Counted from the first letter of the stretch, positions 39,873-54,910 are shown. The stretch is DNA of 64,000 nucleotides from Eledone cirrhosa (GCA_964016885.1 CAXHJY010000991.1:24346-88345), one strand, 5' to 3'. Notes: generated by a model not told the origin, from the sequence alone. Program-made: numbers and translations.

Positions 39873-41659
39873 ATGGCCGAAGCTTCTTCACCAAAATTCG
39901 AAGGAGGAAAGGGGAAGATGAACTTACAGCTTCCCCCTGCCACTGTCACAGTAGCAGAGGTCAAGAAGAAAGGTCAGCCAGAAGAAGAATTATCTCCACC
40001 TGTTAACCGACAACTTTACGTTGCCATGGCAACAACCCAAAGAACCAGCAGCAACAGCAACAACAACAACAATGCGACGGACGAAAACAACACCAATAAC
40101 AATAACAATAACAACAACAACAACAAGACCAATAACGGTGATAACAACAACAACACCACCAACGACAACAACAACACAAACAAACAAAATTTCTCCTTCG
40201 CCGAGACGACAAGGAAAACCCTCGACTATCTGCCAGTAGATATAACAAAAGCGAAGGAGCTACTGGCGGATGCGAAAAAATATATAGTGTACGGAGAAAA
40301 TGGTTCATTCACAATCCATTCCCCCCCGGAACTAAAAAGCCAGAGACTCCTAAACACGGTCATGTTTAGGACAATCTCGAACAAAATTAAAAAACCAGCT
40401 CAACCATCACAGAGCGAGATAGAGCTGGTTTTAAAAGACGTCATGAAGGACATCACCTTCATTCAGAAGGATAGACTCTACGGTAGTCTATCCATTCTCA
40501 TGAAGGACAGGGACACAGCAGTGAAACTGTCCATCAAACCAATCACATCCACCGCATACACCTTCTACCCTACGTACATGGGTAGAAGAACACAAAAAAT
40601 AAAAATCCACACCATCCTGCCGATTATGGACATATGGTGGGTTTTGACAGGTTTTCTGGACCTGGAGGATGACATGCTGGTGTCCATGGGAAAGGCATCG
40701 GGTGACGCGTTCAGTGGAACGAGCCTCGAACTTGTAGTTCAAATGAGGCCCGAAAGGATCGCCCAGATCCCTGAACGCGTCATACTGGATGATCTAACCT
40801 TCATCAACATTACCGTTGAGGGTAGACGGCCCTCGTGTTACCTCTGCGGAACCAGAGGTCACCTGAGGGCTGTCTGTCCCCAACTTAATAAGAAAACCCC
40901 AATCCTGCCTACACCACCAACAACTGCACAACCAACACAATCACCACAACTACCACTACAAAAACAACCACCACAGCTCAAACCAAAACAAAACAATGTC
41001 CAACCCATCCCCTCCACTCAAAAAACAAAAATAATTTCCAAAACACCCGTACCGCAAACACAACCCGAAAATATACCCCTCCCCTCCAACGCGGAAGATG
41101 ACCCTAGTTCGTCGTCAGACGAGGAGGAGCACTTCCACACAATCAAAAGAAAAAAAGAAAACACACCTCAGACACACAAATGAAAACAACCCCTCCCCAA
41201 AACATAACACTGACACCAACACAAAAGAGCTCACAACAACAGCAAACAAAAAACACCACACAAAAACAAAAACATGCATACACATACATAAACACAAGAA
41301 ACAAAAAACTGTTAAACATTGTGTACAACAACAACAATCTAATAAAAACACAAGGGCCTAACTTCACCCAGGCAGGGGATTTCCCCCACCTCAAAATGAT
41401 TAAGGCCCCACAGGACACCTATAAAACTTTAAAAAACAATTTTAAAGAGGACGTGGGTCCCCCCTGCGTCGGGCCCATTAACCGCGTCCTCCTAAAAAAC
41501 TATCCCACCCCCTCCCCAAACACCCACACAACTCCAAGCTCCCCAACCACACAACACACTGATGCCCCCACACTTCCACAAACCACCACCCCACCCAACA
41601 ACCCATCCCCCACCCTAATGGAAATTGTGCAGCCCGATACCCGGGACGCAGAGAGGTAA
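39873..41659 (+). pseudogene. ORF1 of copy 2; frameshift in the A-run at ~41150-41160
   Basis: Pieces 39873-41183 and 41180-41659 match copy 1 ORF1. Confidence 0.85.
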
Positions 41660-41683
41660 GTGCCTTTTCTCTTCACCACCAAC

Positions 41684-44600
41684 ATGGCTATGCTAAGAGT
41701 AGGCTGTTTAAATGCGCGTGGCCTGGGCTCAACTTGGAAGCAAGCAATGCTTCTAAATGACCTCAGGTCACAACGTATAGATGTGATGGTTATTTGCGAG
41801 GCCCGGATCAGCAACGTTCGACAGCTGGCCCCCACCTTTGATGACTTTGAGATGCACGCATCTCTCTGTCAGCCCGGAGGTGGGGGTGGAGTTGTCGTTC
41901 TGCTGCAAAAACATCTGGGTCTCGCAACACAGATGGTACATTTGGATCCGGAGGGTCGACTAGTGGTTCTGGACCTTGGCAGTGGTAAAGGCGGAGCGTT
42001 TAGGTTGGTAGCCGCCTACGGCCCTTTCGGTCAATGCGGCCGGACTTCTTCCATCGTCTGGAGACTTTTCTAGGGACGTCCCGCTCCTTGCTATTAGTGG
42101 GGGACTGGAATGGTATCCTAGATGCACGCTGGGACTACGTAGGGGCCTGCCCCGATAGAGAGGGGTGTAATAGCCTCAAAGGGTTAATCGGTCGATTTGA
42201 CCTGGCCGATGGATATCGACTAGATTTTCCGACTGCGCCAACCTGGACTTGGGCAAATCGTAGCGGATCATCTAGGTCGTACCTAGATAGGTTCTTAGTT
42301 AGAATTAAGGGTAAGGACTTTTTAAGTTGTCCAAACATGCGCATGGTTGGCTATTCAGACCACAAATTAGTGACCTGCATGGTCAACCTTGACAGAACTC
42401 ATAGACAGGGCCCCGGTTACTGGAAGCTCAACTTGTCCTTGCCGGCAAGCAGAGCCTACAGGAATCGGATTAGTACGTTAGTTAAGGAACGGTTGACTGG
42501 AGCGATCGACAACAGCAGGTGGTGGGTATCTCTAAAGAGAGAGATTAGAGTAGTCTCGATAGAATTTAGTAAGGTTCTAGCTGCGGATAGGAATAGGAAG
42601 GAAAGGGAGCTAATAGATAGAGTAGAAGAGGCAATTAGAAGCGGCGACGTGGCCAGAGTGCTAGCGTCGAGAACGGCTTTGAGCCAGTTTTTCGACGCGA
42701 AGCACGAAGGCTGCGTTGTCCGAAGTAAAATACGTGCTCTAGGGAACGAGGGGACCAAAGCTGTTAGCTGGGCCCGCGTGACAGAGGCCAACAGTGGAAC
42801 TAAATCCACCATCCGGTCTTTGCGAGACCTGGATGGACGGGCGATTCTTGAGCCTAAGCAGATGTGTGAGGCCTTTCAAAGGCACTTTGCCCGACTGTTC
42901 GGGAGGGGCGGGGAGCCGGTTGGGAACGTGGACTTCGGTCCATACCTCGACGGCCTGCCGCGCCTCTCGGATAGGGAGGCGAAGTCCTGCGAGGAGCCGA
43001 TTTCGGCCGCTGAGATAGAGGACGTGCTGAGCCAATGCGGCAAACGCAAATCCCCGGGTCTCAATGTTCTTCCTTACGAATTATATCTAGCTATGCCGGA
43101 CTTGTTCCCCGACCTCCTCGAGGCGGTCTACTGCAACTGGCAACAGAACGGGAGAATTCCCTGTACTGTGAGCAAGGGCGTAGTCACGCTAGTGAGGAAG
43201 GACGAGAACAAAGGGGACGAAATAAGTAACTTCAGGCCCATAACTCTGCTAAATACAGAGTTACAGATTTTGGCCAAGGTGCTAGCAAAGAGGTTGGCGC
43301 TTGTCGTGGGCAACCTGGTGGGAGATGCGCAGACATGCGCTATCCCGTCCAGGTCCATCCATGACAACCTCCACCTCATACGATACATCATAGAGAGGGT
43401 TGGGAACGAACCCGGCTTTGGTGGGGCTCTGATCAACTTGGATCAATCTAAGGCGTTCGATAGGGTCGACCATGGTTACCTGGATGCGGTGCTAGCGGCG
43501 GCAGGTTTCGGACCCGTTTTCATGGGCTGGATCACTGCTATGCACAGCAGCCGCATCTGCTCTAGGGTCAAGGTGAACGGCTACCTCTCGGAGCCGTTCA
43601 AAATCGCGCGGTCCATCCGACAAGGGTGCCCTCTCTCCTCCCTTCTGTATGTGTTGACTCTCGAGCCACTACTGCGGAAGTTGGAGTTGTTGCAGGGCAT
43701 CCCTTTGGAACCGGGATTGCGGAAAGCGGTGTCGGCCTACGCCGATGACGTGACAGTAATGGTGTCGACGGCCTCCGAAATCGAAGCGGTCGGCACCTTA
43801 CTGGAGGAGTACGAAAAGTTCACAGGGGCTAAGCTGAACCGGAACAAGTCGATCGGTTTGCAACTCGGCACGTGGAGGGGCAGACCGATGCCCTCCGATG
43901 GCGTCGTCGGACGCTGGACGGAGGGCCCGGTGAAGTTGCTCGGGGTCTGGTTCGGACCGGACCTCCAGGTGGAGAAAAACTGGGCGGAGGTTACGAACAG
44001 GGTGTTTGCACTGACCCAGAAGTGGGCCAGTTGCAAACTATCCCTGAAAGGTCGGGCGGAGGTGGCGAACACCTACATAGCGTCCGTCATCTACTACCGC
44101 CTGACCGTAGTGCCCTGCCCAAGGGAAACCCTCACCAAGATGAAGCGCGCGCTCTTCCAATTCCTTTGGAAGAGGCGGGCTCCTATGGTGAGGAGATCCA
44201 TCTGCTGTCAACACCCTTCGAAAGGAGGGCTGGGGATGCCGTGGCTAATGATGCGTAAACACGCATTAAGGCTACGGCACCTCTACGTATTCCTCACCGG
44301 ACAACCGGTGTGGGCCTCGTTTGTGAGACGAACCTTTCCCAGACTCGTCTCACTCACCGAGCTGCAATCCTGGGTCAAGCAAAGACCGAGAAAACTGGGC
44401 CCCTGGCACACTGTGTTTGCCCAGGCGCTCACCGCCCTCTGGCAGGCGGATCCGGTTATCAGTGGAGACTCCACCGCAACATTCTATAGAGGGCTGGTAC
44501 GCAGCAGGTGCGACTAGCCCTCGGAGAAGCCCTAGACATGGAGGAGGACGAACTGGCCAGCCTGTTCGTTAGGACATTCAGCCCGGGACCTATGGACAAC

Positions 44601-45119
44601 TTCCAGAAGTCCCTGGCCTGGCAGTGCTACCGAGGGGCTTTACCCGTTCGAGAAAGGCTCTACAGACACGGGCACCCGGGTAGGGACCCCGCCAAAAAGA
44701 TCTGTCCCAGATGCGTGTGCGACGAGGAAACCGTTGCACACGCATTGGTACACTGCTCGGGCGTAGCCGATCTGTGGGGCTATGTCGAACAACTGCTGTC
44801 AAGGGTGGGACCGATCCGGTTGACCACCGAGTCTATTGTAATGATCAAGCCGCCTCCCCCCTTCAAAGATGAAGCAGAGGCGGTGTTTCTGTGCGTAATA
44901 GCCATGGCGAAAGAGGTTGTATGGTGGACGCGTCTGAAAGAACTGAGGTCAGGCACCTTTCTCTCTGGCCAACAACTGGTCCGTTTCTTCCGATATCATT
45001 TCGGAAGTAGGATCAGGATGGAGAGAGAGGTGCTGCACCCCAGTCGTTTTTATGAAAGGTGGGTGAAAGTGGCGAGAATGGCCCGTGTGAATGGGCCTTC
45101 TCTTTACATGAGCCTGTAG
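41684..45119 (+). pseudogene. ORF2 of copy 2; frameshift at ~42029 and stop/frameshift at ~44515
   Basis: ttcggtca versus ttcgggtca; gcgactagccc versus gcgacgacgccc. Confidence 0.88.
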
Positions 45120-46359
45120 GTGGAAAAGAGGAAGGAACGAGGGAGCACCCCCTCTCTGTGCTCCTGAGGAAAAGGGTTGCACACTTTTTTCGGGGGTGTG
45201 TGCGACCCCCCAAGGCGCCTCCTCTCTATTGAGGATTTTGTTATAAATTTTATTTTTTGTTATATCTTATTTTATTTTTATATTTTGTTATTGCCTCCTC
45301 CTTATTGAGGACGCCTTTTTGTGTAAACTCCCCCCTTTGTACTTGTCCCACTTTTGATGCCCTAGTGGCAAATAAAAGAAACATATCTATCTATCTATAT
45401 ATATATATATATATATATATCTTTATATACTAGCTATTTGTTAGAACGTCTTTAAATGACATTTACACGTTACAATTCGCTCTGTTGTGCCATATTAATA
45501 CGCTTCATCTTATACTTTCATATCTAGCTGCAATATAGATGTTCTAAAATTATTTGTTTCTATTAAACAATAATAGAATATCCGGACAGGTATAGTAGGT
45601 TAGATTTTCTCAATATCTTAGCTGTATATTGTAAATCATCATTCGAATGATTATCGGTGCCGATTTTACACAATCAAGTTATCCAAGACACATCTAGTAT
45701 GTGAGCACTTTGCTCTATGCATTTCATCAATAATTGAAGAAGTTAATGTCTCGATATGTTAAAGTAGCTGTGTAATGTGGGTTAGCATATTATCTGTTAT
45801 GTTGAGATAACTGAATCAATTATAAAACTGGCAGGGGTTGCAGTATGTAATCGAAGACAATGACATAAATAGGAAGAGAGTATTTCCTGCCCGTTATGCC
45901 ATGAATATTTAGTCGTAAAAATGTTAGCCTTATCCTCTACTTCATTTTCGGGCTACGTTCCATCTGTGGATATTGAACATTTTTGTTTTCTTTTTAGTTA
46001 TAATATATTGCAATATATTTATTTCTTCAAACACACTTCGTTATATTTTATAATATAGTTATACTGTGCATGTGTTTTTCTCATGTAACACACCTCATAT
46101 CGCCTGTTCAGCTCTTGTAAGATATAACGCCTAAACTATATATGTTATAATTGGGGAGGGCGAAATATATGTTTCAGCACTCTCTGTTATATAGTTGGTG
46201 AAATGTAAAATTCATATTGCGGAAATTGATTCAACATTTGAATGTTTGTATTTTTTCAAAACTGACTGTTCCTTTTGTTCTGCTGAATGCTGTATCGAAT
46301 TACATAGACCTAATAAGTGCGAGAACATTCCATAATTTATATATATTTAATCTAACATA

Positions 46360-46520
46360 GGTGCATGGCTTAGTGGTTAGAGCTTCGGGCTTATTTATAA
46401 TAGTGAGGTTGTGAGGTTGTGATACTCGGTCGGGATTTGCGTTGTATTCTTGAGCAAGACCCTTTATTTTGTCGTTGCTCACACAGATGTAGAAATGAGT
46501 TGCGACTTCACTGTTGTCAA
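46360..46520 (+). mobile_element. Degenerate tRNA/CORE-like SINE
   Basis: gcatggcttagtggttag...gtattcttgagcaagaccctttattttgtcgttgctc. Confidence 0.6.
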
Positions 46521-48164
46521 GCTGTGTCAGTCTTCATCATTTCCTTGGACAAGATTGGTAGCATGGTAAGAGGAAACTGGGATGCATGGGGGATCGTGGT
46601 CTTTACAACTTTGCCCGAACTTGTGCCTCGGACGGAAACTTTCTTAGTGCAAGTCACATGGTCATTCGTAACCGTACGGCGTCTTTACCCTATATAGTCA
46701 CGGTAGAAAAAACAATGACAAAATGCCTCGTGGTATTCGTATCTGCCTTATATGTTAAATGTTCAAATTCTGTCAAAGTTGCCAGACAATAGCCCGGTGT
46801 CGATATAATGGGTTCGCCTTTATCGTCATTTCTCCTCAATATATATTACTGATTTATTGCCGAAACTTGAAACCATAATAACAATAATTATTATTGTTGT
46901 ATGTGATACATTATTATGTTTTTTAAGATAATATTCAATAGTGTGTATTATGACATTTGATTGATTGAATTTTAGTATAGTTGGCGTACATATGTTAATG
47001 TCAGTTCTATAATTTTCATTAATTTTGAAATGTTTTGACGATATTCTAATGCAATTACGTATATATATATATATATCCTTACCGTAGAATATATTGGTCA
47101 ACTAGTTTTGTTGGACCTCATCGTCTCTGTCTTTTCTTGTTCAGATTTGCTTAATTTTGTTCTGTTAGAAGCATTCCATTCGCATTTCATACATTCTACT
47201 TCAGTGACTTTTTCTTTAGATTTACTTTAATCATTTTGGTTATTGCAAATATAATATTGATCTGGTCATCAAATAGATGCTTTACTGATCTCAATTTCCA
47301 ATTAACTTTGGAATTCTTATTACCAGGTATAGCCTCTAATCACACCGATACGTTTACCAATCCAGCTTTTCATCTATATATGCTGTTATTTTCTTCGTTT
47401 TATTTGAAGTCGTTTACGCTTATATTTCAAGCTATTGATGTTGACATAAATAACCCAACAAAATCAATCCACTGCACTATAGTATGTCCTGTCTTCATCT
47501 CGTCTTTTATCCTATTACATTAAACCATTTTTTAAAATTGGTTTTGCTTCTCGGTGTGACAAATGCTGCTGAATTTCCATTCACATTAAAGAAGTTAAGT
47601 TTTTCTATTTGTATTCTGTATTGTAGTGCATAATTCTAGAAGCAAATAGCATCAAGTGGCTGGCGACTGAACTTTGTAGACCAGTGATAATCAACAAATA
47701 AGCTGAGTCTGTAATGAATGTTTGATTTTTCATTTGAGTTATTTCACATTGCATAGTCTGTTTATTATTATCATTTGTGAGTATTAGTTGGCAGGAATTC
47801 TATTCTGCTTGGTCGTAAACTTTTTTTAGAAATATAGAAAGAAAAATAATTCAGTTGTAATCAGTGATGTTTTAAGTATGTTATCATTATCCTTGTCAAA
47901 TAGAAAAAGGTAAATATATGTAATTACAATAATTACTAAATGTCAGTTTCTGCTGCAGCTATTTCTCTTGTTTAACTCTCAACTTGCTATAGGGATTTAG
48001 CATAACATATATACAAACTTGTGTGTTATTAGAAAGGCTTATGATATGTTCACCATTGAGAAGCCTGTTATGAAAATGTGTACCGTTAATGTAAAACCAC
48101 CGTGTTTCATGAGATGCTATCACAATGCATGCTTGTTTTTCTTTTCCTTTTGACGAACCTATTA

Positions 48165-48450
48165 ATAATGATTTCTAGTATAGGCACAAGGCCAGTAATT
48201 GGGGGGAGGGGATTGGATTAAATAGATCCCAGAACGTTACTGGTGCTTTATTTTATCGACCCTATTAATAAGTGTTTCTACTTTTGGAACAAGGACAGAA
48301 ATTATCCCAGTGCATTACTGTTGCTTTATTTTATGGACCCTGAAAGGATGAAAGGCAAATTTAACCTCGGCGGGATTTGAACTTAGACCGTGAAGGGACG
48401 TAACTATGCTGAAAATCATGGTATTCTACCCTCTACCGATACTGCCAACC
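48165..48450 (-). mobile_element. SINE, family of 13556-13737, with duplicated 3' part
   Basis: Reverse-complement match: ttttatcgaccc, aaaggatgaaaggcaaa...cgggatttgaact...gggacgtaact. Confidence 0.7.
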
Positions 48451-48924
48451 ACATAATAATGTTGTTCCATGTGGCCCGAGAATTTAATATTTTACTCTAG
48501 TCGGGATTTACTTAGGAGAGAAATTGTGAAAGACTTTCCAGAAGTGACTTCTCATCATACATAAAGTATTCATTTTAAAGCCGACAAGGTGATATCTAAG
48601 CGACAGCTGACAGTTATATCTAGCAGGTCAAGAAGTAACATAGTTGGCTTGCAATCAAATATATGGCAAACCGTTAGTTTAATGTTATTTAAATTAAATT
48701 ATATGTAAGATTAGAATAACATTTATTTATTTAATCAGAGTCTCATTAATCAGTTTGATTGCTACTGTAGCCATTTCAAGATATGCGTGTTACCATCATT
48801 TTTCGGATACCAATTATTGCAATTATCGAATCTAACTGAATTTAGAACATTTACAGTAGAGTAGGAGTATTTTAAAAGCCATACACTCATAAATAAATAC
48901 ATGAATGAATAATTATATTAATCT

Positions 48925-49130
48925 CTAATTTGAGCACAAGCCACGCAATTATGTGGGAAGAGGAAAATCGATTGTATTGATTCCTGCACTTACCTAGTAC
49001 TTTGTTTTTTCGACCCAACAAAGAAAAAACGCAAAGTTGACCTCGGTGGTATTTGAACTCTGAAACTAAGATCTCGAAGCAAATAGAACTTACGATTTAT
49101 TCGACGCTCGAGCGACTATCTGCCAATCAA
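48925..49130 (-). mobile_element. Older SINE copy, same family
   Basis: gtactttgttttttcgaccc...gcaaagttgacctcggtggtatttgaactc. Confidence 0.55.
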
Positions 49131-49939
49131 TTACCTCCATAATTGTTATAATAATTATATTTTTAGTATAATCAATAACTGTTCGCATGCTACGGCATGG
49201 GTTGTGGTCGATTATAGATAATTCTTTGAGAAATTATCCTATTATTACTTCTAATACAAACATGTCAATTACATATTGCAAATAATTATTGAATTGACCT
49301 CCGATACTCCTGTCAGTGTCTAGTTTGTATGTAAATTTTATTCTCAAATGAAACATACATAAACTATCAATTTTTCTATGAGTCGCACAACGACACACAA
49401 ATAGTTTATTTAATTTCCATCAAACTATTTAACCACCCCTTCATTACCATTTTACTTCTCGAACATCTCATTTCATATTACTTGAAATATAAATTAAACT
49501 GATTTATGTTTACTGTCAGACACATTCCTTCATCATTTTTCTATTTACTTATTGGTAATTCTATCAAACTATTTCATCAGTCCTACCCGAATATTTACTT
49601 AAGAAGTGGATGACAAGATTATTAAGAGGAGGAAACTTAACAAACATAACATCATATTATTTACCTGAATAAAATATATGAAAATCATTTGATAATAATC
49701 AATATATAACAGTAATATTTCTGAATTTCAAACAAAAGTAAAGACAATGAATATTTGGGAATTTTCACACCAATATTTGTGGATGGGAATGAGGTTTCCT
49801 CTGTTTAGTAAGTAGTAATAGCTTTTGTGATAGAATAGATATTTTACTTGATAAATTAATATATATATTTGCAATCATTCTAATATTTCTTCACGATTTG
49901 TTATGTATGAATGTATGTATGTTTATGTCAAGCCACTCT

Positions 49940-50140
49940 TCAGTGTTACGTGTAACATGATAAGCGAGTACAACCTGTGCATGGTGAGGTCGTCGGCGCG
50001 TAAATCATCAACCCCACTAAGCTTGCTTGGTGAAGAGGGACCCTGCGGAATGAAAAACAAAACCCCTCGAAGGACGGAGGAACTCAGAAGAGTCAACAGC
50101 CTTCCAATATTCTCTGGGAGAAGTTCACTCGGATATAACC
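49940..50140 (+). mobile_element. Diverged homolog of the 20362-20970 repeat 5' part
   Basis: agtacaacctgtgcatggtgaggtcgtcggcg...caaccccactaag...ttggtgaagaggg...aaaaacaaaa...gaagagtcaacagccttccaa. Confidence 0.6.
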
Positions 50141-51766
50141 TTCGACTTCCGTTACATCTATCTATATAATATCATCCCACCTTGATAAAATGAATGCTCA
50201 TTTTTTGTTACTGATAATTAATCTATATATTTGTTATACTTTCATGTGTCACTCAAGTTTTTTCTACACAATTCATCTGCATTCTCTCGAATTCGATATT
50301 AATACATTAATTATGATATGTATTTAATATTCGCCTTACCGGCGACTGATATTGGATGAATTACTGTTTCACTCTGTTTCCATTTTACTACACTTATCTG
50401 ATGACAAGATTTAACGGTTGCTTCACGATGAATATTCTATGTCCATGATGTTTTTTTTATTGTTATCTCCAAACAAATTACTTCTGTTTCATTAGTAGGT
50501 GCTGCTGAGAATTTCGGATATTTCTCTATCACAATTTGATAACTTATGTTGTTCCGCACATCAACAATATGTCCTTCTGCTCACGCATTTATGTTTCTAC
50601 TTTGGATAAGTAAGCATATCTGTTTACATATTTATTATCTTCTAAATATTGCATGAGGTTTGTAGAGAGGAACGCACACGTTATTAACTTGCACACACAC
50701 ACCCCACAAAAGTGTATTTCTCTTTCTTTTTTTGCGGAAGGGCAAACTATTCTTTCACTACATCGTTAATCATAATTCAGCACTATCTCTGTGTTTTTTT
50801 CTCTCAACGGTAGTTAAAAGAAGTTTCGCAGTCGTAGTTTTCGGAAAGAATCAATCTTTCCCTCGAGAAATTTCGTTAAGAATATATTTCAGCTGTTCAT
50901 ATCCTCTGTTCAAAGAGTTCAGAGTGCAATTATTTAAGCTGTCATTATGGTCAAGTCTATAGTAAACAGGCATAACACCAGGCACTAAGTGAATGTGATG
51001 AAGTTTCATTTTTTTACATAATTGTTCTTGGCGTTTTGTGTTCTATTCATCTGAAAATGATCCTCTAGCCGTAAGATTATTGTAATGTTCTCTTGTAATG
51101 TTGAGAAATACTATTAAATCAACAGTCAATCGCATGTGTTCAACAAATGCTGCGAATTAAGACAGTTTCATTGAGACATTTTCTGTTCCATGGTATGTTT
51201 CTATCTTATTCAAACAGCCAACAAAGTGTTAATTTTGCCATTGCATAGAAATTACGAACATTATATTGGGTTCACAAGTTCAAGAAAATTAAAATTTTCC
51301 TTCTATAAATAAATAAAATTGTAGTCACCTTCTTGGTGTTTACTTTCTTATGTTATTGAGGAGGTGTTAATGCCCTTATTAACAAATGTCTTGACTTGTT
51401 CATAATGTTGCTTGTCAAGGGAAATTTCAAATCTAAAACAAATATTGCAACGTTATAGAATAGATTTGTTATTCAACGAATATGATTACAAAACTTGATA
51501 AATGCGGCATATAGGTTGGTGATGATTCTCATTAAAAACTCAACTGCTCATGAAAAATATATAGGCATGTTTTCAAGGCGCATGTCTATATGAACGAAAG
51601 TACTCTTCTCGAAATTATTTCGTATGATTAAATTCTGATCCGAACGAAGCTTTTTTATGGGTTAAGATAGCACGAATAAATCCCGTCGAGATGAATTGTA
51701 TATTTTCTCGTAGTGAATATGTAATGTGAATCCTGGCTAGTAATTCATAGACGTACATTCATATGT

Positions 51767-51823
<57 letters not shown>

Positions 51824-51889
51824 TTCGGACTGAGGAAACAATGTTTACATTAGTCTTTCCAATTGCTAATACTATCTGTCGGTCGCAAA

Positions 51890-51976
51890 TTCAGGCAGAA
51901 GGAGCAGCGTGAAATAAAGTGTCTTGCACAAAAACATAACGCATCACCCGGTCCACGAATCGAAAGTACAATCTCG
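51890..51976 (-). mobile_element. SINE head fragment (tRNA/CORE-like)
   Basis: Minus strand ttcgattcgtggaccgggtgatgcgttatgtttttgtgcaagacactttatttcacgctgctc. Confidence 0.6.
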
Positions 51977-52001
51977 TATATATATATATATATATATATA
52001 T

Positions 52002-53537
52002 AATTGCTTTGCGAGGTTTTTGATATGAAATCGTGTGTCGAAACAAATATTGTTATACTTGGGGAGGGTATTATTGTTGTAATAATATTGCCAGAAATAA
52101 TAACAGAACACACTCACTGTCTGGTTGGTTTTCGCCTCTGTATCTTTTATATTTCTACAGTTAATTCATGTGGTCTTCAATGTTTATCATACAACGGTCA
52201 AAAATACAGGTATAATATAGATATACACACATATATATATAGACTAACAAATTTCTTTCGTGGCACATGTGCAACATCATCAGTGGTACTATTATATTCC
52301 TCCTATTGTATTGTATGTTTACGCCATTTTTATTTTATCGGATTATTTATTTATTTATTTTTGTCTTCTTCTCTGCGCATGCGTTTGCGTGTGTGTATTA
52401 TGTTTGGTGGGTGTTCGCGTTTGGGTGACTGTGTTTTGGTAATTGTATTCTATCTTAGTTTACTAGTGTGTGTTTATAAGTGTTTGTTATTATTGAACTT
52501 GTGTATATATTTATTTATTTATTTATTTATATTTCTCTTAAGTTAGTATTGTTTGTTTGGGTGTTGTTGTTATTCCATTCATTTTTTTCTGTTTACCTTT
52601 GGCCTCCTAGGCTCTATTACGCTTACCTCTCTGATTTGCCTATCTGCTGGGTCATTTCTATGTTTAGATATTATTTTAATGTCTATGTTGTCTATGTTAC
52701 CGGCATGTTGTTGTCTGGCATGTTCGTATAGTCCTGAATCGTTTTTTCGTCCTTTTAATTCCCCCTAGTGTTGGTCTATCTTTTCTCCTATGATTCAAGC
52801 TGTCTCGCTTATATATGTTGTTGTCATGTTTCTGCAAATACCCTCAGTATATCTTATGCTATATACTACGTTTCTAGTTTTACAGTTTATCTAGGGGTTT
52901 ACTTTACATATAACACATGTCCTATTAGTACAGAGGGATTTCTTAAAAGGGTGTTTTGCTGAGCAGGGATTTTATGGTAGTTCCTGGCTGTTCTACCACT
53001 TTAATCTTTAAGTGGTTCTTTCTCAGGGCATTTCTACACTAGTTGGCTAGTTTCCCTCCAGGGGTAGCTTCCAGGGATATGACACTCTGGTGTCTCTGAT
53101 TGTCGTACGGTGACGTGGCTTTCCCCATCTTATGTTTGTCCCATCTAAGCTATTCCATGATTTGCTCCTGTATAATGGGCAAATTCCTTTCATGTCCAGT
53201 TCTATGAGGGTCTTATACTTCTCCGTGGCTCCTTTGTATAGAGATAAAATAAAAATGGCGTAGACTTACAATACAGCAGGAAGAACATAATAGTACCACT
53301 GATGATGTTGCAGATGTGCAACGAAATAACTTTGTTAGACTATATATATGTGTTTATATCTATATTATATTTGTATTTTTGACCGTTCGTCAGTCAATGG
53401 TAAACATTAAGGACCAAATGAATTAACTGTGGAGATATAAATGATACAGAAGCGAAAGCCAACCAAACAGTGAGTGTGTTCTGTTATTATTTCTGGCAAT
53501 ATTATTACAACAATATGACCTCCCCAAGTATAACAAT
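52002..53537. mobile_element. Old PLE insertion: degenerate GIY-YIG + 3'UTR on minus (52002-53243) with an inverted pseudo-LTR on plus (53244-53537); HHR motifs at ~52245-52288 (-) and ~53297-53334 (+)
   Basis: YKGATEKYKTLIELDMKGICPLYRSKSWN is homologous to the large PLE; CTGATGA-t-gttgca-gatg-tgcaac-GAAA; TLPKYNN-coding termini. Confidence 0.8.
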
Positions 53538-54910
53538 ATATATATATTTACAAGAAAACATAAATACAAATATTTTTTCACACGTATATACACACATACT
53601 TGCAAACATACTTATGCCACATGCGTACTCATACATATGTGCTCATTTCACGAATATGCGATAAAATAGCTCATGAAATAGGGTCAATACACTTAAAAAG
53701 GAGAAATGAAGTTGGCATCGGACGCTGTGTCTCACCGAGACTGGAGAGCCGCTTTTGATCATGAATCAAGGGACTGTAACAATACTTACAGACGTAATGT
53801 AACTGAATCACAGCTTTTTACATTTCAAAAATATCAACTATACGTAGCTGATCTCTCAAACTTTTACAAAATTCTGAGTTGATAAAGTTCATATAAAGTG
53901 CTGTGTGATCATGCGCCGAGGATTCTGTAACACACACATGTATATGAGTGAGACACGTTTGTGTAGTGAAGGGTCATATGCATTTTATGGATGAAAGCAT
54001 AGCTTCATCCGCATAAATACTTATACGAGAACCACACACACATTCAAATATATGCAGCGACACACTGATGTTTGCTGCATATAAAGGCGACTTCATAGAA
54101 AACGCTACACGTCCCTTTGCAGATGATTCTATGCCTAAACTCATCGAATGATCCTTACTCATTACTCGACTACTGTGTACTTGCTACTTATCATATATCC
54201 GTTTGCGTACATTTGAGTGTTAGGACATCATTCCAAGAGATGTAAAACCTGCGACTCATTGGCGCCAATGTTTTTGACCCTTTCTTTATTTGTATACCTG
54301 TCATCTTTTCTCAGCATAGGATTGGTCCAATGCAAGGCCTCACTTGAGATAAAATTGCCTCAAGCACAAACATCACTTCGACTGAAACATCATTCGTATA
54401 TTTAACCTGAGCATGGCTGGCCGTAGCCGATAATTTTTCTTCCATTTACTGCAGCGTATACAGATGGGAATGTAACTACTTTGGGACTAAAAGGTCGCGT
54501 TCGTGCTATGAATGTGTGAGAAAGGCTTCGGTGAATGCAAATAACAAAGGCGAGATGCAGCCACCATGTCTGCATGTATGTATGTATGTAGTATGCTTGT
54601 GTATCGGCACAGTATATATATTCGGCATAAATAACAGCAGCAATATTTCCAACTGTGTTAATAGAAAATACGAGAAATCATCCTCATCAAATTATATTCC
54701 TGCAAACCAGAACCTATTGAATATCCACTTGATCAACAAAAGAAGGATATTCCCCAGTCTTACTTAGTCAAAAGAAAGACATATTTTTAATATTTATATA
54801 TATATCTACCTATCTATCTATATACACACACACGCAGAAACACATTTATATATATGTATATTATATATACGATATTAATAAATGGAAACTATATTTATAA
54901 AACCATATTT

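Larger units (their letters stand above)
39653..45381 (+). mobile_element. Full-length Tx1/L1-clade non-LTR retrotransposon, copy 2 (disrupted)
   Basis: Colinear and near-identical to copy 1, offset about 6847 bp. Confidence 0.95.

Noticed and set aside
45420-51760. Possible host exons in the less repetitive AT-rich stretch
   Set aside because: Only short ORFs with no domain signal or convincing splice-bounded coding segment. A small exon cannot be excluded without transcript data.
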